A DNA stretch of 64,000 nucleotides from Octopus bimaculoides. Lineage: Eukaryota. Each line of letters starts with the position of its first letter. Positions within the stretch are counted from its first letter, which is position 1. Shown one piece after another: positions 38,439 through 50,985 of the stretch. The translations under genes and the position numbers were made by a program. Location of the stretch: the NCBI RefSeq assembly GCF_001194135.2, contig NC_068985.1, positions 84,325,058 to 84,389,057 on the forward strand, given 5' to 3'. The notes beneath the pieces were generated by a model that saw only the letters and a program-made list of their open reading frames with translations, had not been told where the DNA came from and searched no databases.

Positions 38439-39224
38439 AACGTACAGAAGCAAGACAAATGCGAAATGTTAAGGTTACGTACGAGTTATGACATTATACA
38501 GCTAAGTGACTGTTACAAACAAGAACGCTGGTTTACATAGGGTTATTCCGGGAGAGAGGCTGTGAATGCTATTCTAAAGGTTTTAATTAAAAGATTAAAA
38601 TAGGGGAGGCATAATGGATCACTGTAAAATCCAGAAAACAAAAGTTCGGAAAAAGTTGTAAGCTTAAACAAGAGGTAGAGGAAGGGAGAGAATCCAAAGA
38701 ATTCATCGTATATAATTATTTCTCCTTAAGAAAATAAATAACATACTGATTTGAAGGCAAGTGAAGAATGTAAATATAATAAATAAAACATCATAGCCTT
38801 GTAATATATTAATACACGGATATTAACACAAATTAATGGTAATACAAGGTACAAGATATTTTGTTGTGAAATAATAATAATAATATACATACTTACAAGG
38901 AGAAGATCGGGTATATTTAATTAAAGTTACTAATGGTTCAAACACAACTAATGTAGCATTACTGGGAAGGGGAAAAAAGAAAAGACAAGTGGCAATGAAG
39001 ACAGAAATAAATATTATTTAAGATAATATTAAAAGATATTATTCCAGAGGACATTTGGTGAAAAAAAACAGTAATAATACCAAAAAACTAAAACTAGTAA
39101 GAAGGATGAAATTAATGATAATAAATGAAGGTATGTTTCTGCCAGTGCTTACATCGATACGCTCTCTGTGTTATCTGGTTTACTAGATGATTCTTGAAGA
39201 ACAGAATATGGAAAAGCTCCATAT

Positions 39225-40000
39225 AATAATATCATCAATACACACAAAGTCCTTAAATGCAAACGGCAACACAAATTTTTGAAAAACTCTTAACTAATGC
39301 CAAACAATACACACCACTTCCACTCCTATCAGTTAAAAAATGTGCACGCCCTAACCGTGGTACCTGCCCCTACCTACTTGAAGGCTCTGAATTTACCTTC
39401 AAACAAGGAACAAGGTTTAAAATCAAGACCAACTTCTCTTGTTCCTCTGGGAACCTCATTTATGTCCTCACATGCGCAGTGAGTAGCAGTCCATAAAGAA
39501 CAAATAAATCTTCCACAACACCGCCAAATTCCACTCAGTGACCTCATAGACTCTTGCGCCAAAAATAAAAACCCTAAATTCCTTATATTCCCTTTCTATC
39601 AATGTAAAGACAAAATCTCTACACAAGAAAGAATCAACAAGGAGAATCTTTTTATAGAGAAATTCCAAATGCTTCTTAACATACAAACTCCTTGGTGACC
39701 ATATTCCCTTCTCTCACCTACCCATTGAAATACATATAAATTTACTTCTTGTTTTTCTAAGAACAAACATAAACTTCTTGTTGACAAAGAGTCCATAACT
39801 CCAACTAAAGAGTATGAAACTCACAGAATTGTCTTCCCTTACACACACTTCCTGTTTTGACACCACACTTCCTGTTTAACACATAAACTATCAGCCTTTT
39901 TTTAAACACAACACAATTCTTAATTCCCTGCATCCTAATCTATCTAACAATTATCTACATGGATTACCATTGAACTTTAAAAACTCAAAGACAATATAAT
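39225..40000 (+). mobile_element. Penelope-like element 3' remnant with GIY-YIG endonuclease region
   Basis: KKCARPNRGTCPYLLEGSEFTFKQGTRFKIKTNFSCSSGNLIYVLTCA, then a deletion removing the YIG half, then HKEQINLPQHRQIPLS...FLIFPFYQC...ERINKENLFIEKF* (stop at 39696-39698). Confidence 0.8.
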
Positions 40001-40161
40001 GTATTGGTATGTTTATTTTTTTATATATTTTTGTAAAAAACATTATTTTCATTTCCCCTCTTCTTGAAAATTTGCCATGCAATGAAAGCCGGTCAGAAAT
40101 CCTTTTTAATCCTCCTTATGCACATCTATATTAAAATATGCTTTCAGTTTAGCATTATGCC

Positions 40162-40196
<35 letters not shown>

Positions 40197-41554
40197 TATT
40201 TTCTTATATATATANNNNNNNNNNNNNNNNNNNNNNNNNNNNNNNNNNNNNNNNNNNNNNNNNNNNNNNNNNNNNNNNNNNNNNNNNNNNNNNNNNNNNN
40301 NNNNNNNNNNNNNNNNNNNNNNNNNNNNNNNNNNNNNNNNNNNNNNNNNNNNNNNNNNNNNNNNNNNNNNNNNNNNNNNNNNNNNNNNNNNNNNNNNNNN
40401 NNNNNNNNNNNNNNNNNNNNNNNNNNNNNNNNNNNNNNNNNNNNNNNNNNNNNNNNNNNNNNNNNNNNNNNNNNNNNNNNNNNNNNNNNNNNNNNNNNNN
40501 NNNNNNNNNNNNNNNNNNNNNNNNNNNNNNNNNNNNNNNNNNNNNNNNNNNNNNNNNNNNNNNNNNNNNNNNNNNNNNNNNNNNNNNNNNNNNNNNNNNN
40601 NNNNNNNNNNNNNNNNNNNNNNNNNNNNNNNNNNNNNNNNNNNNNNNNNNNNNNNNNNNNNNNNNNNNNNNNNNNNNNNNNNNNNNNNNNNNNNNNNNNN
40701 NNNNNNNNNNNNNNNNNNNNNNNNNNNNNNNNNNNNNNNNNNNNNNNNNNNNNNNNNNNNNNNNNNNNNNNNNNNNNNNNNNNNNNNNNNNNNNNNNNNN
40801 NNNNNNNNNNNNNNNNNNNNNNNNNNNNNNNNNNNNNNNNNNNNNNNNNNNNNNNNNNNNNNNNNNNNNNNNNNNNNNNNNNNNNNNNNNNNNNNNNNNN
40901 NNNNNNNNNNNNNNNNNNNNNNNNNNNNNNNNNNNNNNNNNNNNNNNNNNNNNNNNNNNNNNNNNNNNNNNNNNNNNNNNNNNNNNNNNNNNNNNNNNNN
41001 NNNNNNNNNNNNNNNNNNNNNNNNNNNNNNNNNNNNNNNNNNNNNNNNNNNNNNNNNNNNNNNNNNNNNATATATATATATATATATATACATTGGATAT
41101 ACAAATAGCCGTCTTCGTCATCACCATCATTATTTTGATATCCACTTTTCTGTTTCATGCTTGCATGTATCTGTTGAAGTTTATTGTGGCAGATATTTTA
41201 TGGTCAGATGATCTACCCATCACCAAACCTAATCTGAGCAAGGTAATACTTTTACTACCTTTCTAAGCAAGGTAATATTTTTCCAGGGCCAGACATGTTT
41301 TTGTAGAGCATTGAAAATGAACGACACTACTTGTAGGGTAGTGACACTTATTTACAGCTATATAGCAGTGTTGATGTAAGAAGACATAAACATACCCACA
41401 ATTACACATATACACTCACAATGCGCATATATATATATAAACACACACGCACACATATATATATATATACATACACACATGTGTGTGTGCGTGTATAATG
41501 AGTGTTTATGAAGTTTTCAATGGAAAGAAGTTCTTTCCCAGGGATGTATCTTAC

Positions 41555-41594
41555 CCAAGTGTATACTGGTTTATCTCCCTATAGAAAAATTTTC
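41555..41594 (-). CDS. Candidate short exon (xKFFYREINQYTLG, or 24-nt GDKPVYTW from a second acceptor)
   Basis: Acceptors aatttcag and ttctatag; strong donor TGG|gtaaga. Confidence 0.2.
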
Positions 41595-41761
41595 CTGAAA
41601 TTTGTTAATATGTGTTAATATTAGTGTTTATTGAAGGTTCTTCTTCGACAGTAGTGCTTAACTTTTATAAAGTTCCAGTTGCCATTATTGATGTTTTCAT
41701 CAATATCGCAGAACAGAATATAATAATATAATATAAAGAAAATGGAGAGTGTGAACATAGA

Positions 41762-41856
41762 AAAAAATCAATTTATTTATATAATTAGTCAATTTCATGT
41801 TGCCAACGTACGTTTCAATTCCTACCTTGGCTATTATATAAATAAATTGATTTTTT
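41762..41856. repeat. Inverted repeat, 24-bp perfect AT-rich arms
   Basis: aaaaaatcaatttatttatataat (41762-41785) pairs with attatataaataaattgatttttt (41833-41856). Confidence 0.85.
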
Positions 41857-41885
41857 CTGTGCTTACACTCTCCATTTTATTTATA

Positions 41886-41945
<60 letters not shown>

Positions 41946-42357
41946 TGAAAGGTAAAATGAATAAATATTCCAATCAGTCAAAACAAGTTTATATCATTCC
42001 CAAATTATCAAAAATTGAATATGAATATATATTAAAAACAATAGGGTGACTAAAAATTTAATGCAATGGAGCTAAAATAATATAAATATAAATATATAAT
42101 AATACAAGAGTATAAATATTTCATTCAGCTGTATGTTCTCAATGCAAATTACACTGACATCAACTTTGCCTTTTCTTCATTCGACATTGATAATATAATT
42201 ACCAGTTGAGCATTGAGGTTGATGTAACCAACTTAACCAAAAATTGCTGGCCTTGAGCCAAAAATTGAGACCAATATCTATGTAAATATATATACATATA
42301 TATATATTTAATTGAGTTTTTACCTGTAATTTTGGATTTTGTCCCTAATATTATTAT

Positions 42358-42408
<51 letters not shown>

Positions 42409-43102
42409 GGGTGAAGTAGGTTTACAGTTATTATGTCAGCACTTAAAATTTCTTTTAAAGCATTTTATTATATTTAAATTCCTATCTTACAAACTGAAAA
42501 GGAAGCTTGACAAAAATTAACTAAATTACCATAGAATAATGGTTTCATATTTTTTTTTATAATTAAGATCTAAACTGTTAATATATGAATGTGAAAGAGA
42601 TAGTTGTATAACTGTAAGCCTACTTTTGGTCCACACTGTATATATTTGTGCAGTCTTAGTGGTTAAGCTGTTGCATTCATAATTGCGAGATCCTTGGTTC
42701 GATACCCAGACCAGGCATTGCATTGTATTCTTGAGCAAAGCGCATCATTTTCACATTGCTCTGCAATCATTTTGACATCTGACATGTGGCACCCAGTTGC
42801 ACCTGTACAGGTAATGTCAATTTGATGGAGGGAGTGATCTTATGTCTACACAAACATCTGATCACAATAAACAAATAATCTGTGTGGTTGTTCTGTAAGA
42901 AGTTGTTGAATCTTCATATGTCATCTAACAATATGACAACAAAAGAATGAATGAGACTTCCATATTATGTAAAATAGGAGAATTTATTTATAAATATATG
43001 TGACAATTAGTTGGGTGTCATAATAAAACTCAGAGTTTTGGATACTGGGGCTGATGTCTGCTCCAGCATATCATCTGATATGATGTCAGAGCATCTTATC
43101 AG

Positions 43103-43147
<45 letters not shown>

Positions 43148-44229
43148 AGTTAGTAAGCCTCAAGCTTGTACACAGCTAGTATAAGTGACAAAGGTAGATG
43201 ATATATGATGAAAAGAATTTAATTACCATCGTTATGTTATCAGTTGTTCTCTACATTAACAAACTTATATATTCATTTTTACTCCGTAACAGGATTTCCT
43301 TGAGCAACAAGTTCAAACTTTAATTTTTACACTCCATAAATTTCTATACAATTAATGTCCACTAGTGCAGGAACTAAATAGTTACAGGATAGTATGCACA
43401 CGTGAATTCTAATGGTAGAGAAATCTTTATAACGGAGAAATTGAAGTAGAACTTGTCACTCATGGATATGTTATTACTGAGTCACTCATGGATATGTTAT
43501 TACTGACAGAAAAATTAGTATATGAGTTTATCAATATGCAATACAAATGATAAAAATGCAATGGTTATTAACTCTATTTATTGTATATTGACTACATTTT
43601 GTCATTTCTACAAGCTATGTANNNNNNNNNNNNNNNNNNNNNNNNNNNNNNNNNNNNNNNNNNNNNNNNNNNNNNNNNNNNNNNNNNNNNNNNNNNNNNN
43701 NNNNNNNNNNNNNNNNNNNNNTATATATATATATACACACACACATTTACATGCATATGAATATATAGTTTTCTATATAGATTACATAAATATATATGCT
43801 TGAATATATATATTAGTGTATATTCATATATAAGCATATATTTACATATATATCAATATATCTATATGTATGAATATAACTGTCTGTGTATATATCTGTC
43901 ACACGCACACACCCACATGCACACACATAGCATATATGTAGTGATGCATATCGGAAATTACAAATATTTATTATTTCAGTTCCTATGTAATGATAAAACA
44001 CAGTTGTGATATGATATCAACTGAAATATTAGACAAAAATATTAGTAAATGACTGCAGGTCACCACTAAATCATAAAAAAGAGGAATTTATATACATCCA
44101 GGCATGCTCAGAAGTATACATATCTATGTACTTGTGTATATATATGTATATATGGGTGTATGTTTACATATATATATATACATATATATAATATATTTAT
44201 ATGTGTGTGTGTAAACATACACCCTTAGA

Positions 44230-44275
<46 letters not shown>

Positions 44276-44403
44276 GAAGCAATTGTAGTGAATTTGAATA
44301 AAGACTCTTGTAAATTCCATTTTCTGTCTCTCACCTATCTATATATACATATACAAGCACACACACACACTTATACACACACACACTTATACACACACAC
44401 ACT

Positions 44404-44439
<36 letters not shown>

Positions 44440-44533
44440 TAGATATAGATATATAGATATATAATAAGGGTTGCTTTTTCACAATTTTACAACTGAAATG
44501 TATACGGCACTAAAGTAATTCAGGGCACTAGCT

Positions 44534-44633
44534 AGCACCAGTATTGCTAGAATCAAGAGTTAAAACAACACATAGTCGCATAGCTTTCTTGTGGCTATGA
44601 GTTTTAACTCTTATTTCTAGCAATGCTGGTGCT
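44534..44633. repeat. Inverted repeat, 33-bp arms with inner stem
   Basis: 44534-44566 versus 44601-44633 with 3 mismatches; inner stem catagtcgca/tgtggctatg. Confidence 0.85.
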
Positions 44634-44701
44634 GACTAGTACACTTAGTCACTTTAGTAACATATATGTATATATGTGTGTGCATATATATATATATATA
44701 C

Positions 44702-44739
<38 letters not shown>

Positions 44740-44999
44740 CTATATATGTTTGTGTGATGTATGTATGATGTGGGATTTAAAACAGTAGTAAATGCTATTA
44801 ATCTTGTAAGAATAGTTAAAGTGTTTAATATACATTTGAATAACCACATGCAAAATGAGCTTGATATGTGCTTACATTTGTATATGTGGTTTATAGTGAC
44901 ATATATGGGTGTGTGTGTGTGTGTATATATCTATATATATATATACCCATCAGAAGAAATATAGTGGGATTGCTAACTCTATGTGATCTTTAGTCCTTC

Positions 45000-45468
45000 T
45001 CATTACTTAGTATGGTTAGCTGGAACCTAGGAGCCCTTATGGTACCCACCTGGATAATTTATTCCTGTCAAATCTTATGTCCCTGCCGTAAGGCTTTACT
45101 TCCAAACATGCCGGCTTAATTTAATTCATCCTTAGTCGAAAGACACCTGTTGTTAATGTCCTGTTATTTGTATTTGTGTACCATTTCTCCGTTTTTTTTC
45201 TGTCCTTATTTTTGTATATATTCGCTGCTTTCTTTCTTCCAAGGAATCTAGTGCTCTTAGCTTAGTTTCTTTCTTGGTGCTGGCCAGATTAGAGCAATCT
45301 TGAGTATAACCAGCCAAAATTGCAATGATAATCTGGAACTCGACTGAGGAAAGAAAACTCCGAATGACCTGTCCTTGTTTTCTTTGTATCGTCTATCTGT
45401 ATGTTTTGTTGTCCCTTTTTCGTATCACCTAACTGTTTGGATGTTTAGCATTCTTGTCCCATTTTTGC

Positions 45469-45470
<2 letters not shown>
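45000..45470. repeat. Unclassified interspersed repeat
   Basis: CpG-containing non-coding block flanked by microsatellites. It resembles a common Octopus repeat from recall only. Confidence 0.35.
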
Positions 45471-45530
<60 letters not shown>

Positions 45531-45879
45531 TTTATACATATATTTATGAATAAAACAACAATCACACGTATATATTACACACACACACATATATATACAT
45601 ACACACACATACATTTATATATATGCATATATATATAAATGTATATGTAAATATGAATATACATATATATAAATATGCACAAATATAGATATACATATAC
45701 AAAACTATACTTTTAAAGCTTTGTATAAAAGCATAGCCTTATACTTTTATATATAAACATATCATATATATATATATGTGTGTGTGTGTGGATTAATATA
45801 GAACATTTATCCACCAACGTGGTGTTGAGGACTCATTCTCACTGTTCTATACCAGCATACATATATATGTGTTTGTATG

Positions 45880-45933
<54 letters not shown>

Positions 45934-46164
45934 CTTATATATGTACTTATATATATGTACATATTATATATACACAGACACATATATATGCATATGTTTG
46001 TGCATGTTTGTGTGTGTATAAATATATACATGCTGTATATGTAAACATATATAAATATATATACATGAATGACATGTGTATATCTATTTATCTGTCNNNN
46101 NNNNNNTATCCAGTAGTTAGCGTGAAAAAACCTCATAAGGTAAAAAAAAAAATTTTTCCATAAA

Positions 46165-46482
46165 TATATATAATTTAATTTATATAAGGGCATTACTATA
46201 CAATAATTCCTCACACTTAGAGGGACTCTATAAGTCAAATCTACCAAAATAAGCACATTTTTACTGATTGTGAGGGAATGCAGCTTTCAAAGCTAACCTC
46301 CTAAAAATTTTTAACTTTTAACTTAACAGTAGTTAAAAGTTTTTAGGTGGTTAGCTTTGAAAGTTGCATTCCCTCGCGAGCAGTAAAAATGTGCTTATTT
46401 TGGTAGATTTGACTTATGAAGTCCCTCTAAGCGTGAGGCATAATTGTATAGTAATGCCTTTATATAAATTAAATTATATGTA
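46165..46482. mobile_element. Foldback/MITE-like element, 152-bp arms, 14-nt loop, in TA-rich flanks
   Basis: 46165-46316 is the reverse complement of 46331-46482 with scattered mismatches, several of CpG-decay type. Confidence 0.9.
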
Positions 46483-46625
46483 CATATATAGATAGATAGA
46501 TAGATAGATATATATTTATGTATGTATGTAAAGAATACATGTACTTATATGTAAATATCTATATATGTCTATAAATTACATACATATTTATATAATATAC
46601 ATAAGTGCACACACACACACACACA

Positions 46626-46673
<48 letters not shown>

Positions 46674-46999
46674 NNNNNNNNNNGTGTGCATGCGTGTGCA
46701 TGTGTGTGTGTGTGTATGAGTGTAGTATCTCTTTGTTGTCTGTTCCTAAATGTGTCGCTGTGCATATGTTACTTTCGCTCCAGGTAATTTCAATCTCTAT
46801 CCACCTGAAATTTTGCTCAGGAAACAACCTTTCTAAAACTGAACCTATTTTAGAGACAGAGAGAAGGATGCGAATTTCTACAGACATCTATTCCTTCACA
46901 AATCCAAGTTATCCTTGTTGCTACATTTATTTATTTATTTATTTATAGCAATATATAAAAATCTAGTGGTGGACATGAGCAATGACGTTCTCAGGAAAA

Positions 47000-47950
47000 C
47001 TAGACTTCAAAAAGATGAACTAGCTGGTCTGTTTTGAAGGACAGTTGGGCCCAGTACTACCATGGATAACGTATATAAATCCCTGTCCTGCAAAGTGCTA
47101 CTGAGGCGTACTGCCAGTTTTAGATAAACTCTACAGGCATGGAACCACTGTTGGGCGGGACTGTCCAAAATGCATGCAGAATGATGAAAGCATTTTACAT
47201 GCAAATGTGCAGTCATGAAACATTGCGGACTTGTGCATGAAGGACAAATCTGACTATCAGCTGAAACCATCATGAGGATTGCCCCACCACCCATCTTTAA
47301 CTAGGTAGGGCAAGCAGTGCTCCTTTTTCCTAGTGGCTGTGATGAAATAGATTGTATAGTGGACAAGGCTGAATGGAATGTTTTCATAAAATTGCTGTTT
47401 CCAAAACAGATCACCATCAGTCTCTTCATTATTATATTACTGTTCTTGCTGTTATCATTCTGGGGTTTCAGATCATCCTCGATCAAGAACACCTATGACC
47501 ACAGTTGATTCAAGGCTGTAACCAACCCGTCTTTTTAGTCAAAGTCTCATCAACTCCTTTAAGTTCCACTTAGAAAGGAAAGTGAAGAGGAAAGTGCTAT
47601 CTCCCAGTGAATTTGTGAAGAGATGGGTGACTGTAGCAAAAATGGTTAGAGTGAAAGGCCTTACTTTAAGTGGGCACTTGTAGATTGGAGAGCAAGAGAG
47701 AGAACTGATGCCTTTGGTGGTCAAAGTAATCTTGGATTTGTGGGGGTTCCTTGATTGGCCCCTAGCTGGAGTTACTCCTGTATCAGGAGGACTGCATCAT
47801 TCATGTCATCACATACTTTGTATACTCTGAATACTTTTATCCTATTTCACCATTTTTCCATTTCTTTCTCCCCGTTCTTTATGTAAATCCCCACACAAAT
47901 TGTTGTTTGTCTTGTGATGTCCCTTCATTTATATCCTTATGGCTAATCAT
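47000..47950 (+). mobile_element. L1/Tx1-like LINE 3' end (zinc knuckle, ORF2 terminus, 3' UTR), interrupted near 47382-47536
   Basis: LPVLDKLYRHGTTVGRDCPKCMQNDESILHA (CPKC at 47162-47173), then SLINSFKFHLERK...EFVKRWVTVAKMVRVKGLTLSGHL* (stop at 47681-47683). Confidence 0.8.
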
Positions 47951-49248
47951 CACTATACCTCTATCATCATCATTATGATTATCATTATTAAGGCATTGGA
48001 CAGGCAGAACTGTTTAAGAATCAGACAAAATGCTTTGCACTGATTTTTTCCCTCATTTTGGATTTTAATTCATCCTTTCTGGCTCGATAAAATAAATCCC
48101 ATTTGAAATCTGGGTTCAGTGTGATAGCCTTACTCCCCCCTCCACCCGAAATTGCTGGCCTTGCGCCAAAATTTGAAATCATTATTATTACTATTATTGT
48201 TGTTGTTGTTGTTATGGCAGAAAGCTGACTGAATCATTTGAACATTAGGCAAAATTCTTCATGGTATTTCATTTGTCTTTACTTTCTGAATTCAAATTCT
48301 GCCAAGGTTGACTTACCCTTTCAACTTTTCAGGGTTGATGAAATAAGTGCCAGTCAAGTACTGGGGTTCAATTTAATTGATATGTCCCCGCCACCACCAC
48401 CACCCAAAAGGATAATCATTTTTTTCTTTTTTTTCTTTTTCAGTTGGTAGAATTGTTAAAGCATTGAGAAAATGCTTTGCAATATTTCTTTCAGCTTTTT
48501 ACATTCTGGGTTCAATTCTGAACAGGGCAAACATTGCATTTCATCCTTTTGGCATCAACGATATATCCTAGTAGTCTAATACTGGGAGTCTAAGGTATCT
48601 ATCACTTTCCCCCTCTCCTCACAATTGCTGGCCATGTGTCAAAATTTGAAACCGTTATTGATGAGCAGGCAGAACCATTAAGCACACTGAGCAAAACATT
48701 TAGTGGCATTTCATTCCTCTTTACATTTTGAGTTCAAATTCTGCCAACGTCCACTTTGTCTTTCATCTTTCCAAGTTGATAAAATAAGTCCCAGTAGAGT
48801 ACTAGTGTCAATGTAATCAACTTCTCCCCTCCCCCAAAATTGCCGGCCTTGTGCCAAAATTTGAAACCATTATTGTTATTATTATTATTATTGTTGTTGT
48901 TGTTGTTGTTGTTATCATTCATAAACACACAACAGATTAGACTGTTGGAAAAGAAAAATTCCTAACACCAGACTACAACAAATAACCTTAGACGCCAAGA
49001 ACCCTCCTAAGTATCCTAGCCATCCTGAATAATACTGTTTTCTGCAGCTGTACTAAACTGGGTTTTATGCCTATTTCTTCTATCCATCTGTTCAAATCTT
49101 TAGGGATATTTCCTAATACCTGGAATACATTTTACCTGCACTTTCTATAGTCTCTGTAATTCAACAGCTAGGTTCTGGTACTTTGCTATTTTTTCTATTA
49201 TATTTTTTCATCATTTGGGACTGTAAAGTCAATTATCTGGCACTTATT

Positions 49249-49282
<34 letters not shown>

Positions 49283-49934
49283 GGCAGCAAGCAGGTAGAA
49301 CCATTAGCATGCCAAGCAAAATACTAGTGGTATTTTGTCCATCTTTACATTCATCATCATCGTCGTCGTTGTCGTCGTCATTTAACGTCCACTTTCCATG
49401 CTAGCATGGGTTAGACAGTTTGACTGAGAACTGGCAAGCCAGAAGGCTGTACCAGGCTCCAATCTGATCTGGCATAGTTTCTACAGCTGGATGCCCTTCC
49501 TAATGCCAACCATTTCCAAGAGTTTAGTGGGTGTGGTTTCCATGCCACAGACACGAGGGGCAGTCAGGCAGTACTGGTACATCCTGAGTTCAAATTCTGC
49601 TAAGGTCAACTTTGCCATTTATCCTTTCAGGCTCAATAAAATAAGTTCTGAGTGTCAATGTAATCGACTTACCCCCTCCCACTGAAATTTCTGGCCTTGG
49701 GCCAATATTTGAAACTATTGTTGTTGTTGTTGTTGTCACTGCTGCTGCTGTGGTTGTTGTTGTTGTCGTCGACCTCATCTGTTATGTTTCCATAAAATTG
49801 CTGTTTCCAAAACAGATCACCATCAGTCTCTTCATTATTATATCACTGTTCTTGTTGTTATCATTCTGGGGCTTCAGATTATCCTCGATCAAGCACACCT
49901 ATGACCACAGTTGATTCAAGGCTGTAACCAACCC
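47385..49934 (+). repeat. 144-bp dispersed duplication (47385-47528 and 49791-49934)
   Basis: Direct alignment by eye: 5 substitutions, no indels. Confidence 0.95.
47990..49720 (+). mobile_element. Head-to-tail array of SINE family B (4 consecutive copies plus one split by a family E insertion)
   Basis: Units start near 47990, 48215, 48440, 48660 and 49280. Most end ggcc(t/a)tg(t/c)g(c/t)caa..tttgaaa(c/t) and run into ATT/GTT-rich spacers. Confidence 0.8.
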
Positions 49935-50767
49935 ATCCTTTCATTATTGATACACCAAGATCTACATCGTCCAACATATTCCTCTTTATTTAAGATGACA
50001 GTGTGTAATTTGAGAAAAACAGATTTAGCTAGATTTTCTAGCAAGTTGATTGACTGCCTAGCAGTTCCATCTTTGGCTCCTATTTATCATGAACATGTTT
50101 ATGCTTCTTAGCTCAAATTTAACACATAAACCATTAACACAGCATTTCAATGCTCCTATCTACTTGGTCATGCAATATTCTGATGAAGAGAGGGATATTT
50201 TACAGTAATTATAATTTTTTTTTTTTTTTTTTGTGTTTTTTACAGTTTTAATGTTGGCTGACATTTTAGACTTGGAAAGAAACTCATTTTGGTCGGCAGA
50301 GGCGAAAAATATATATGTGTGTGTATCTGTGTTTGTGTGTATGTTATTGTGGGTGTTCACTTGGACTGACGTAGGTGTGGCAGAGTCTTAATTATAATTT
50401 TTGACCATATCTTATATTATAATTTCACACAAACTGCAGCAACTATGAAATAGCAACAGCAGCAGCAGCAGAAGCAGCAGCAGCAACAGCTAAAGTTACT
50501 GCAGCCTCCAAAAGTATCCTATCACTGATACCATTGCAGTAACTTAACCCACCACNNNNNNNNNNNNNNNNNNNNNNNNNNNNNNNNNNNNNNNNNNNNN
50601 NNNNNNNNNNNNNNNNNNNNNNNNNNNNNNNNNNNNNNNNNNNNNNNNNNNNNNNNNNNNNNNNNNNNNNNNNNNNNNNNNNNNNNNNNNNNNNNNNNNN
50701 NNNNNNNNNNNNNNNNNNNNNNNNNNNNNNNNNNNNNNNNNNNNNNNNNNNNNNNNNNNNNNNNNNN

Positions 50768-50985
50768 GCATCAGCATCAGCACCTAACCTCCACACCCCC
50801 CACCCATGCATCACCACCAAAGCTCCACTGCTTCCAACACCATGTACCACCACCACCACCACCCCACTCATCAGCGTCACCAATTGCATCAGCATCAGCA
50901 CCTAACCTCCACACCCCCCACCCATGCATCACCACCAAAGCTCCACTGCTTCCAACACCATGTACCACCACCACCACCACCCCAT
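50768..50985. repeat. 118-bp C/A-rich minisatellite bordering a gap
   Basis: The unit gcatcagcatcagcacctaacctccacaccccccacccatgc... starts at 50768 and again at 50886. Confidence 0.85.

Larger units (their letters stand above)
1..47000. repeat. Numerous (TA)n, (CA)n/(TG)n, (GA)n, (TATC)n, (ATT)n, (CAT)n and (GTA)n microsatellites
   Basis: Directly visible, e.g. 18393-19370, 20255-20460, 28010-28330, 41890-41942; many N gaps begin or end in them. Confidence 0.98.

Noticed and set aside
39775-39830. Possible second hammerhead after the GIY-YIG ORF (ttgacaa...gaaac)
   Set aside because: Core too degenerate and stem II not formable; cannot be supported.
45340-45370. CTGAGGA as a possible hammerhead core
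   Set aside because: No stem II and no GAAA at the required position. The same applies to CTGATGA near 1155 and 50180, and to CTGAGGA near 13200 (RTE coding sequence).
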